Virus record (IMG/VR): IMGVR_UViG_3300030334_000025
DNA length: 46,187 nucleotides
Reading direction: 5' to 3' (one strand)
Source of the DNA: a virus
This document shows positions 32,729 through 39,590 of the stretch, piece by piece. The translations under genes and the position numbers were made by a program. Below the pieces are notes generated by a model that did no database searches, was not told the origin of the DNA, and worked only from the letters and a program-made list of their open reading frames with translations. How positions within the stretch are numbered: position 1 is the stretch's first letter; each line of letters begins with the position of its first letter.

Positions 32729-32798
32729 AAAACCTATCACCACCACGCCACACCATTAGAAATTACAATTAGCCACCCTGCCATCGGTGGTTTATTGT
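32729..32798 (+). promoter_or_regulatory. Box-promoter element copy E2 (AAAACCTATCACCACCACGCCACACCATTAGAAATTACAATTAGCC-N18-TATTGT)
   Basis: It starts 3 nt after the terL stop. Box at 32768-32774, 18-nt spacer with CCACC/GGTGG, TATTGT at 32793-32798, 35 nt before ATG 32833. Confidence 0.55.
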
Positions 32799-32832
32799 TT
32801 GGGGTGTCAGTAAACAACAGGAGCAAACAACC

Positions 32833-33870
32833 ATGACAAACCTAATCACACGCACCAACGGCGACCCGTTCGCCACCGAAGGCAACGCCAAGTGCGCACG
32901 CACGTGGAAGGGGCTGACGCATACGCACGAGGTTATTCAGCATGGCGGCGGGTGGGTGCTGCGTGAGAAGCAGAGTGGTGCGGAGCAGGATGGCTCGGCG
33001 GTAACATTACAGCCAGGCGATTACATCGCTACCGAAGGGCTTAGCGAAGATGACTATCACGCCGTGGCAGAAGCGTTTATGGCGGCGGGGGCGGGGAAGG
33101 GGGAGTATCCGTCGGATGGACAGTTTTATCCTTATTTTGGATGGCGCGAGAAAATCGATAATCTGTACCATGGATATAACGGTTCAGGATGGGGAGAGCG
33201 CCAACTCACCCTATCCCAAATCCTGAGCGCGACGAATGCGGTTGGTGATGAGCCGCAGATGACTAGCAAACAATGGGTGCCGGAGGTGGGGGATCGTGAG
33301 GAAGTCGCAGAGGAAGGATATTTGCCAATTCCAAGCCCCAAACAGTGCGCCGAAGATTTGCGCGATGATGGTTTTCACCCGCAAGCGACTTGCGTAGAGC
33401 GCATGATGGAAGCTTTGGAATGGATAGCACGCAATGCCTGTCAGTCATCGCGCCTTGAATGTCAGAAGCGCGCTTCTGCTGCATTAGCCACCGAAGAAGA
33501 CCGCGCGGTTGAGGAGATGGTTAGCCATGTGCAGGCGTCTGATAATTTCCATAGCTTTTCCAAGCGACTGTACCAGCAAGGCTACCGCAAACAACCACAG
33601 CCAGCAGACGATGATTGTGTTAAGTGGCCAGAAAATATTGAGTGGGGGCGGCCAGCTGACGATATGACTGACCCGGCGAATTGGCGGGCGGGGGATGTTA
33701 TTCAATTTATTTCGCATGGAGGATGCTTTACGCATGGTGAGGAGTACATTGTTCGTGATCCGAGAGACCCTGATGATGATGATTTTGATTTAATTGATGA
33801 CGATGGCGATGTACGTGCTTGGGATTTTGCCCCCGCTGGTGAAAACTTCCGCTTCGTCCGCCGCCCATAA
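32833..33870 (+). CDS. Acidic hypothetical protein, 345 aa
   Basis: AGGAG RBS. The C-terminal Asp-rich tract is DPRDPDDDDFDLIDDDGD. No motif was recognised. Confidence 0.7.
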   Translation: MTNLITRTNGDPFATEGNAKCARTWKGLTHTHEVIQHGGGWVLREKQSGAEQDGSAVTLQPGDYIATEGLSEDDYHAVAEAFMAAGAGKGEYPSDGQFYPYFGWREKIDNLYHGYNGSGWGERQLTLSQILSATNAVGDEPQMTSKQWVPEVGDREEVAEEGYLPIPSPKQCAEDLRDDGFHPQATCVERMMEALEWIARNACQSSRLECQKRASAALATEEDRAVEEMVSHVQASDNFHSFSKRLYQQGYRKQPQPADDDCVKWPENIEWGRPADDMTDPANWRAGDVIQFISHGGCFTHGEEYIVRDPRDPDDDDFDLIDDDGDVRAWDFAPAGENFRFVRRP

Positions 33871-33917
33871 CACCACAGCGCGATAAATACCAAGCCGCTC
33901 AAAAGGGCGGCATTGAG
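33871..33917 (+). promoter_or_regulatory. Degenerate seventh copy of the box element
   Basis: CACCACAGCGCGATAAATACCAAGCC-N15-ATTGAG aligns with the left half of E3, but the box and spacing are decayed. Confidence 0.25.
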
Positions 33918-33926
33918 GAGAAAGAA

Positions 33927-34142
33927 ATGAGCTACTCAAAGCGCGTAAAGCTAGTGTTAGAAAGGCTTTCTAAAATTGCAGGCGACGAAGACGAAGCCGA
34001 ATCAATTGCTGGCCCGTTAGACATGATGCTTGATGATCTTCACGAGGAAGACTTTTTTGGCACGGAAGGCCAATGCGACCCCAGGGGGGATTTTAGAGAA
34101 GAGGTGTGGAGCATTGACCGAGTTCAAGGCGTAGACGACTAA
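33927..34142 (+). CDS. Small, highly acidic protein, 71 aa
   Basis: GAGGAG RBS. By manual count it has 20 D/E and 8 K/R. Confidence 0.65.
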   Translation: MSYSKRVKLVLERLSKIAGDEDEAESIAGPLDMMLDDLHEEDFFGTEGQCDPRGDFREEVWSIDRVQGVDD

Positions 34143-34154
34143 GTCAAGCCTAGG

Positions 34155-34163
34155 TGCTACAAT
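34155..34163 (+). promoter_or_regulatory. Extended -10 promoter TGC-TACAAT nested just upstream of the terminator hairpin before the portal gene
   Basis: GGTGCTACAAT is followed at once by the 5' arm of the hairpin at 34164. Confidence 0.45.
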
Positions 34164-34197
34164 AAGCCCCAAGACATCACCTCTTCGGGGCTTTTTT
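34164..34197 (+). terminator. Intrinsic terminator closing cassette C2, abutting the portal start codon
   Basis: Stem AAGCCCC/GGGGCTT, extended by AAGA/TCTT, then a T-run leading straight into ATG 34198. Confidence 0.75.
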
Positions 34198-35601
34198 ATG
34201 GCACAGCAAGACAAAGAAACACGGCTAACGATGGCCGTTAATCAGTACATGAGTGAGCGTCGGTTGGCGTCGATGCGGCAAGCGCTAGCTTATGGCGCGG
34301 GCTATAACGCCAGCAGCGACACGAAAAGACCGAAGTCCTGGGAGAATTATGGATTTCCCAATACTCTGAACTTCTACGACTTCTTAAATCTCTACCAGCG
34401 CAACAGCCTAGCCAAAGCTGGCGTCAATCGCCTGATCCGCAAAACATGGCAGGATAACCCATGGATCATCCAGGGTGACACGACGGACGAAAAGACCACC
34501 GAAAAACCGTGGGAACGCGACGTTCGAAAGCTGTTCAAGCGCCTGAACGTCTGGCAGAAATTCCAGGATGCTGACCGCCGCCGGATGGTGGGGGCTTACT
34601 CTGGTTTAATCCTGCGAGTGGCTGACAATGCGCGATGGGATGAAGAGTTGCAGCCCGGTGGTGACCTGATTGAGATTATCCCGGCATGGGAAGGGCAATT
34701 AACGCCTGGAACATGGGATGAAAACCCCAACAGCCCGCGCTACGGCCAGCCTACAACGTGGAACTACAACGAGGGCAACGTTCAGACCGCAGACACACCA
34801 CCGCCAGCCCGTAGCGTGACGATTCACCATAGCCGTGTCGTGATTGTAGGCGATTACCGGGAAGGCGTTAGCGAGCTGGAAGCGGCGTATAACGACTTCG
34901 TTTCGGTAGTGAAAATTACCGGGGGCAGCGGCGAAGGTTTTCTGAAGAATGCTTCACGGCAGTTAAGCGTTGAGTATAGCGACTCACAGAGCCTGCCAGA
35001 GCTTGCCCGGTCGTATGGCGTCGGCATGGATGAGCTGAACGAACGCCTGAACGAGATGATGGCCGACCTAAACTCGGTCATTGACGCAGCAGCGTTCACG
35101 ACCGGGGGCAAAATTAACCCGCTGGTGGCTAACGTCCCCCAGCCGAAAGAGCATTTCGAGATACAGGTACAATGCATCGCTGCGTCGTTGGAAATACCGA
35201 CGAAGGTGCTTATCGGCAATCAGCAGGGCGAGCGGGCAAGCACCGAAGACCAGGATGACTTTAATAACCGCTGTCAGGCGCGCCGGGGGGGCGACCTGCA
35301 AACGGATATTCGCCGCTTTATCGACCGACTGATGGAATACCGCATCATTCCACCCGTGCCGGGAGATGAATACGAAGTGATGTGGTCTGAGCTGAACGAC
35401 GCCTCGCTTGCTGATAAACTGGCGATGCTAAAGACCGCTACCGAGGCCGTTAAAAACATGGCAGGCACCGGGGAGATTATCGCGACAGGTGACGAATTGC
35501 GGGCTATTATTGGGTGGGAGGCGCTGACAGAGCCTGAGGTGCCTGCGGATGATTTGGGTGATGATAATGGAGAATATGATGAGCGAATGGCAGCCGATTG
35601 A
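34198..35601 (+). CDS. Portal protein
   Basis: 467 aa between terL and the MuF-like gene, with an acidic C-terminus. The size and position fit the portal family that accompanies this scaffold and capsid type. Confidence 0.8.
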   Translation: MAQQDKETRLTMAVNQYMSERRLASMRQALAYGAGYNASSDTKRPKSWENYGFPNTLNFYDFLNLYQRNSLAKAGVNRLIRKTWQDNPWIIQGDTTDEKTTEKPWERDVRKLFKRLNVWQKFQDADRRRMVGAYSGLILRVADNARWDEELQPGGDLIEIIPAWEGQLTPGTWDENPNSPRYGQPTTWNYNEGNVQTADTPPPARSVTIHHSRVVIVGDYREGVSELEAAYNDFVSVVKITGGSGEGFLKNASRQLSVEYSDSQSLPELARSYGVGMDELNERLNEMMADLNSVIDAAAFTTGGKINPLVANVPQPKEHFEIQVQCIAASLEIPTKVLIGNQQGERASTEDQDDFNNRCQARRGGDLQTDIRRFIDRLMEYRIIPPVPGDEYEVMWSELNDASLADKLAMLKTATEAVKNMAGTGEIIATGDELRAIIGWEALTEPEVPADDLGDDNGEYDERMAAD

Positions 35602-35845
35602 TACAGCGCCACTTGATGGAACGATGGTAGATTTATGGGTAGTAGCCGTACCCAGGTATAACGCATACTTTGAAAAATATTTCACAGATGGTGATGATCA
35701 AAGGCTTACAGACTGCATATTTGAAGATGACCAATGGAAGCACTGGACAGAAATTGGCGACCATGAATACGATCCGCACCATGAGCCAATCGGGGATTGT
35801 TTTAAGCCTACCCACTGGATGCCACTTCCGGAGCCACCACAATGA
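35579..35845 (+). CDS. DUF551-like protein
   Basis: WQPIDTAP...THWMPLPEPP matches the DUF551 pattern. The start is ambiguous (35549-35579); GGAG at 35569 favours 35576 or 35579. Confidence 0.6.
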   Translation: MSEWQPIDTAPLDGTMVDLWVVAVPRYNAYFEKYFTDGDDQRLTDCIFEDDQWKHWTEIGDHEYDPHHEPIGDCFKPTHWMPLPEPPQ

Positions 35846-35955
35846 CCGAAACACACCAACACTGGTACGAAACCGCCAAATACCAAGAGGTGGCTGCGTT
35901 TCAGTGGTATTTGCAGATGAAGTGGCTGGATATGCGGCCTAAGGGGGTAGTATGA
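35842..35955 (+). CDS. Micro-ORF, 37 aa, ATGA-coupled at both ends
   Basis: MTETHQHWYETAKYQEVAAFQWYLQMKWLDMRPKGVV. Support is positional only. Confidence 0.35.
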   Translation: MTETHQHWYETAKYQEVAAFQWYLQMKWLDMRPKGVV

Positions 35956-36143
35956 CCATCTTGCAAACATGGCGCTGGGTAGCCGCAACCGCAACGCTAG
36001 ACAAGTGGTATCTGGCCGCTCGATTGCCCAGCAATCATAGCCCGTTAGGGTGCCGCGCTGCCGGATTGGTTTGGCATGACCGTTATTTGTGTGGTGATGC
36101 TGACCGTGGGCGTAGGTGGGATGGGCGGAATGTTGTTAATTGA
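35952..36143 (+). CDS. Doubtful 63-aa ORF, W/R-rich
   Basis: ATGA-coupled to the upstream micro-ORF, but the composition is atypical. A competing 27-aa hydrophobic ORF (36076-36159) overlaps it in another frame. Confidence 0.3.
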   Translation: MTILQTWRWVAATATLDKWYLAARLPSNHSPLGCRAAGLVWHDRYLCGDADRGRRWDGRNVVN

Positions 36144-36155
36144 GGGGATGGCGGG

Positions 36156-36308
36156 ATGAATCATTACATATGCATGAGATGCTTAAAGCCTGTAACTAAG
36201 GCGAAGATGAGTGAGCCGACAGCAAAAGACATAAAGAAAGGTGGCTCATCAAAGCGCTGCCCAGGGTGTGGGCATAGAACATTTATGACTGGCGGTCACA
36301 ATGCCTAA
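36156..36308 (+). CDS. Zinc-ribbon micro-protein, 50 aa, absent from the ORF track
   Basis: MNHYICMRC...KRCPGCGH has two CxxC pairs. It overlaps the MuF-like gene start by 8 nt. Confidence 0.5.
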   Translation: MNHYICMRCLKPVTKAKMSEPTAKDIKKGGSSKRCPGCGHRTFMTGGHNA

Positions 36309-37206
36309 ATACCCCACCCTGCCCCGAAACACAGAGAACCCAGTGGGGCACGCCCGCCTGCAACAACAGACCGTGAGCCGCTTAAAACGCGGCTTGCGCG
36401 ACGTTCGCCGATGGGTGCTAGAGCGTTTTGAGGAGATACCAAAGCGTGAGATCACGATTAACGCTCAAGTGCCGGGCTATGTGGTCAACGAAACGCGCTA
36501 CGAATACCTAATTAGCGTGGAGGAGCTGCGACTTATTGTTGAGGAGATTCGCCGTCGCCTGGGCATCGAGGTGCCACCGGATTATATGGCCGCGCAAACG
36601 GTGCTAGCGTATGAAGCAGGCACCGGAACCGCCGTGGCACAGTTAGCGGCGCTGACGGATGACTATACGCGGGAGATAACGCAGGTCTTGGCGTCGGAGC
36701 CGTGGCAGCGGCGGGTGGCGTTGATTCGTTCGCGGGTGTTCGAGCAGATGGACTCATTCAACGGCGATACGGCTACGGAGCTGGGGCGTGTGCTTAGCCA
36801 GGGCGTTGAGGATGGGCTGAATCCGCGTACGGTGGCGAAGGATATACGGGCGCGGTTTAAGGTTAGCGAGAGCAGAGCAGAGCGTATCGCTAGGACTGAG
36901 GTGACTTCAGCGCTGCGCAGAGCTGCACGAGACGAGAATCAAGACGCACAAGAGCGCTTAGGCATTCGCACGGCTATGTTGTGGTACAGCGCATTACTGC
37001 CGAGCACACGCCAAAGCCACGCTTCCAAACATGGGCGCACATTCAGTGCGCAGGAGGTTGCGGAGTTTTATAGCCAGGGGGGTGAATCGATAAATTGCCG
37101 CTGCTCGCAGCAAAGCGTACTCCTAGACGAATCAGGCCAGCCCATCCTTGGCCCGCTAAAAGAACGCATGCAAAAACAGCGCGCCGCGTTTGAGCCTGAT
37201 AGCTAA
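36301..37206 (+). CDS. Head morphogenesis / minor capsid protein, SPP1 gp7 / Mu F-like
   Basis: ERIARTEVTSALRRA...RQSHASKHG...INCRCS fits the Mu F family pattern. It lies downstream of the portal gene. Confidence 0.85.
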   Translation: MPKYPTLPRNTENPVGHARLQQQTVSRLKRGLRDVRRWVLERFEEIPKREITINAQVPGYVVNETRYEYLISVEELRLIVEEIRRRLGIEVPPDYMAAQTVLAYEAGTGTAVAQLAALTDDYTREITQVLASEPWQRRVALIRSRVFEQMDSFNGDTATELGRVLSQGVEDGLNPRTVAKDIRARFKVSESRAERIARTEVTSALRRAARDENQDAQERLGIRTAMLWYSALLPSTRQSHASKHGRTFSAQEVAEFYSQGGESINCRCSQQSVLLDESGQPILGPLKERMQKQRAAFEPDS

Positions 37207-37273
37207 CCCCTATCATCCACCGCTACACGATAAAAAAATACCATTAGCCCCGGCAGCCGCTGGGGTTTATTGT
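37205..37273 (+). promoter_or_regulatory. Box-promoter element copy E3 (AACCCCTATCATCCACCGCTACACGATAAAAAAATACCATTAGCC-N18-TATTGT)
   Basis: Box at 37243-37249. The spacer hairpin CCCCGGC/GCTGGGG has the same stem as the capsid terminator at 42211. TATTGT at 37268-37273 lies 24 nt before ATG 37297. Confidence 0.55.
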
Positions 37274-37296
37274 TGATGTATAACTAGAGAGGAGGG

Positions 37297-37746
37297 ATGT
37301 TAGTGAGAGATCATGATGTTTTTTACAAGATGCGCCTCGCGATAGACGAGCAAGGAATCAATGTTATCACCAAGGAGTTAGTTAGCATCCACGAATCTGA
37401 ATGCTGGCATTGGTGCATTGAGAAAACGAGGGCTGGCTATATTAGGAGCTATCAGCGCGAAGATGAAAGCCTCTTACAGGCTGCTAAGCGAAGCGGCGAA
37501 AAGATACACAAGGTCGCCAAGGTTGGTAGCCGAGTAGCATTCAAGACCCTTCCTGACGCCTTTGACCATTTAATGATGCTTAAGCGAAAGCAGATTAATC
37601 ACATGAGGCGAGAGATCGCGATACTGGAGGATTTTACGAAAAAAGCGGATGGATTGGATATTGAGTCAATCAATCCGGACAGCCATGGTGATCGCGTTAT
37701 TCCAGATACTCACGAGGTGGTTCACGGCCACTACCGATTCGATTAA
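37297..37746 (+). CDS. Hypothetical protein, 149 aa, lower G+C
   Basis: GAGAGGAGGG RBS. An in-frame GTG at 37303 is an alternative start. Confidence 0.65.
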   Translation: MLVRDHDVFYKMRLAIDEQGINVITKELVSIHESECWHWCIEKTRAGYIRSYQREDESLLQAAKRSGEKIHKVAKVGSRVAFKTLPDAFDHLMMLKRKQINHMRREIAILEDFTKKADGLDIESINPDSHGDRVIPDTHEVVHGHYRFD

Positions 37747-37786
37747 ACAACCCCGCCCGCCTAGCGCGGGCATGGAGGAGGAAGTG

Positions 37787-38020
37787 ATGACCAGGAAGAG
37801 ATCTGCTAGATGCGTTGTTTGTTACGAAGCAGCGTGGAAAAAGTATGGAACAAGAACCACCTACTCAGGTGATCCATTGGTGTACAGTTATAAGGGAACA
37901 TGGGAGCACGTAAGAGTTATCAAGGGGCCTCGCGGCGGTTACAAGGCTGAATGTAAAAACTGCGGGCATATTTGGCGAATATCCTCAAAAACAGCATCTT
38001 CTACCGTAGGTATATTATGA
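37787..38020 (+). CDS. Zinc-ribbon hypothetical protein, 77 aa
   Basis: GGAGGAGGA RBS before ATG 37787, with CVVC...CKNCGH. The track's longer N-terminus crosses the hairpin at 37755-37771. Confidence 0.6.
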   Translation: MTRKRSARCVVCYEAAWKKYGTRTTYSGDPLVYSYKGTWEHVRVIKGPRGGYKAECKNCGHIWRISSKTASSTVGIL

Positions 38021-38208
38021 CCACCTACACCATCCCCAGCTTCACAGGCCGCCACATTCAGGGCGGCGGCAGCGAAACCAAATTCCAGAGCCGCATCCGC
38101 AACGACGTGTATGCGACCGAAAAACACTACGCCAAGCGGCCATTGATTGACAGACGTCTAGAAGAAATGGCGCTTGAGCGTGAATTGAAGGAGTGGAGTT
38201 ATGACTGA
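38017..38208 (+). CDS. Hypothetical protein, 63 aa
   Basis: ATGA overlap with the upstream gene. Confidence 0.55.
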   Translation: MTTYTIPSFTGRHIQGGGSETKFQSRIRNDVYATEKHYAKRPLIDRRLEEMALERELKEWSYD

Positions 38209-38464
38209 AAGAGAGCGTTTTGAGGCGTGGGCGCAGAGCCGAAACATGGGTTTGTGCGTAATGGTGGACGGAAGTTATTACCATACGGCAGCGGATGAGG
38301 CTTGGGCCGCATGGCAAGCCCGCTGCCCGGATGGGTACAAATGCGTGCCCGTCGAGCCAACTGAGGAGATGGTAGACGCCGCTAGTGAGGCTTACATGCC
38401 GTTTGGTGATATGGCGCTCGCGATCCAGGCGGCAATTGTTTATGCGCCGGAGGAACAGCAATGA
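38201..38464 (+). CDS. Hypothetical protein, 87 aa
   Basis: The ERFEAWA...AWAAWQA pattern is common in small phage proteins. It overlaps its neighbours. Confidence 0.6.
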   Translation: MTERERFEAWAQSRNMGLCVMVDGSYYHTAADEAWAAWQARCPDGYKCVPVEPTEEMVDAASEAYMPFGDMALAIQAAIVYAPEEQQ

Positions 38465-38892
38465 ACCGCGCCCAAAAACGCGCCCAGGCTGGCGAGATTA
38501 AGCGCCGTAAGCGGCTGGTGAGTCAGAAGCAGTACCAACACTATCAGACGAACGCACGGCGCTGGTGTGTAGGTATTAAGGCCACTGGTCGGCATATCGG
38601 CGGGGAATTTGAGGGTGAATGGTCGTTTCCGGCGCATATTCCGCAGCGTAAGCAGCAGGACATTGCCACGTACGCCACGCACGCCCCGTTGCGGTGGCGC
38701 ATCATTGCCAGGCTAGTGCTGCGCTATGATGACGGCAGCATGGAAACACGCGAGGCTGATGCAGAGGTAGGGCAAGCGCAGATCATTAGCGAGCTGCAAG
38801 AGGCGCGTGAGGCGTTGATGCGTGACTTGGAGCGCACCGCTAATGGGCGGTATGTGTGGGATAAACTGTATTTGATGGAGTGTTTGGGATGA
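38461..38892 (+). CDS. Basic hypothetical protein, 143 aa
   Basis: ATGA-coupled, with a K/R-rich N-terminus. Confidence 0.6.
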   Translation: MNRAQKRAQAGEIKRRKRLVSQKQYQHYQTNARRWCVGIKATGRHIGGEFEGEWSFPAHIPQRKQQDIATYATHAPLRWRIIARLVLRYDDGSMETREADAEVGQAQIISELQEAREALMRDLERTANGRYVWDKLYLMECLG

Positions 38893-39095
38893 GTAACATG
38901 ATAGCAAAAGTTAAATTTATGCCAGGAACATCATTAGTGGATGCAGTGCGAGAGGCTAAAAACAAAGCCATCTTGTGGGATGTAAAAAAGGTTGAGTTCT
39001 GCTTTAACGGCAAGTATTTCAGCATAGGCAAATCTGCGGACATAGAGAAATGCGTGAAAGCATATCAGGATGGGGCAGATTTTATTTTCAGCTAA
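38889..39095 (+). CDS. Hypothetical protein, 68 aa, lower G+C
   Basis: ATG 38889 forms an ATGA overlap with the upstream stop. Confidence 0.55.
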   Translation: MSNMIAKVKFMPGTSLVDAVREAKNKAILWDVKKVEFCFNGKYFSIGKSADIEKCVKAYQDGADFIFS

Positions 39096-39111
39096 CCGCG
39101 CTGCAACACCA

Positions 39112-39136
39112 ACCCGCCACCTCGGCGGGTTTTTTT
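39112..39136 (+). terminator. Intrinsic terminator closing cassette C3
   Basis: Stem ACCCGCC/GGCGGGT, loop ACCTC, then T7. Confidence 0.85.
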
Positions 39137-39137
39137 G

Positions 39138-39148
39138 TGTGCTGAAAT
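39138..39148 (+). promoter_or_regulatory. Weak family member TGTGC-TGAAAT fused to the terminator T-run
   Basis: TRTGn is present, but the hexamer has G at position 2. Confidence 0.3.
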
Positions 39149-39180
39149 ATGCACAGCTTGCGCTTACGTCAACGGCCAAT

Positions 39181-39481
39181 CGTTACGTTTTAAAAGTGCG
39201 TAACGCCACAAAATAGCCAGCGTAACGCGCAACTTGTTGTTTTAATTAAAAAATTACAGCCGTTACGTTTGTTACGATGTTTTGCGAACGATAGTCACAT
39301 ATACATAAACACTGATAGGCACTTAGATAGACATACCTCTCTATATATATATCTATTTTCTGTAATTATTGTTATATATGTCACAAGCCTTTGAATCCAT
39401 TGGATTTTTCACCGGTACAAGTTTAATTAGGACTGTAACGCTTGTAACGTCTGTAACGGCACACTGTTTTTCGTCGTAACG
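39181..39481. repeat. Module B: AT-rich core bounded by oppositely oriented CGTAACG heptamer arrays; paralog of 27186-27469
   Basis: Heptamers lie at 39181, 39199, 39221, 39261, 39271 (left) and 39435, 39444, 39453, 39475 (right). It carries the same 17-mer (39260-39276) and 19-mer (39414-39432) as module A. Confidence 0.85.
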
Positions 39482-39533
39482 CCACCTTGATGAGCCGCCA
39501 ACCCGTGGGCACGCACGACATGGTTGAGCCACT

Positions 39534-39563
39534 TTGCACGCACCGATAGCCTTGTGCTATACT
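39534..39563 (+). promoter_or_regulatory. Promoter TTGCAC-18-(TGTGC)TATACT for the head operon
   Basis: It has both a -35-like hexamer and a TRTGn extended -10, 28 nt before ATG 39591. Confidence 0.55.
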
Positions 39564-39590
39564 GCGAGCAGATTCTAATAGGGCTAATTC

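Noticed and set aside
32775-32800. The box elements interpreted purely as intrinsic terminators (hairpin plus TTTATTGTT).
   Set aside because: E4 (G-rich), E5 (no U-run) and E6 (AT-rich spacer) cannot form a terminator, yet they keep the box-to-hexamer spacing and gene-wise orientation. A dual role in E2 and E3 remains possible and is noted in the findings.
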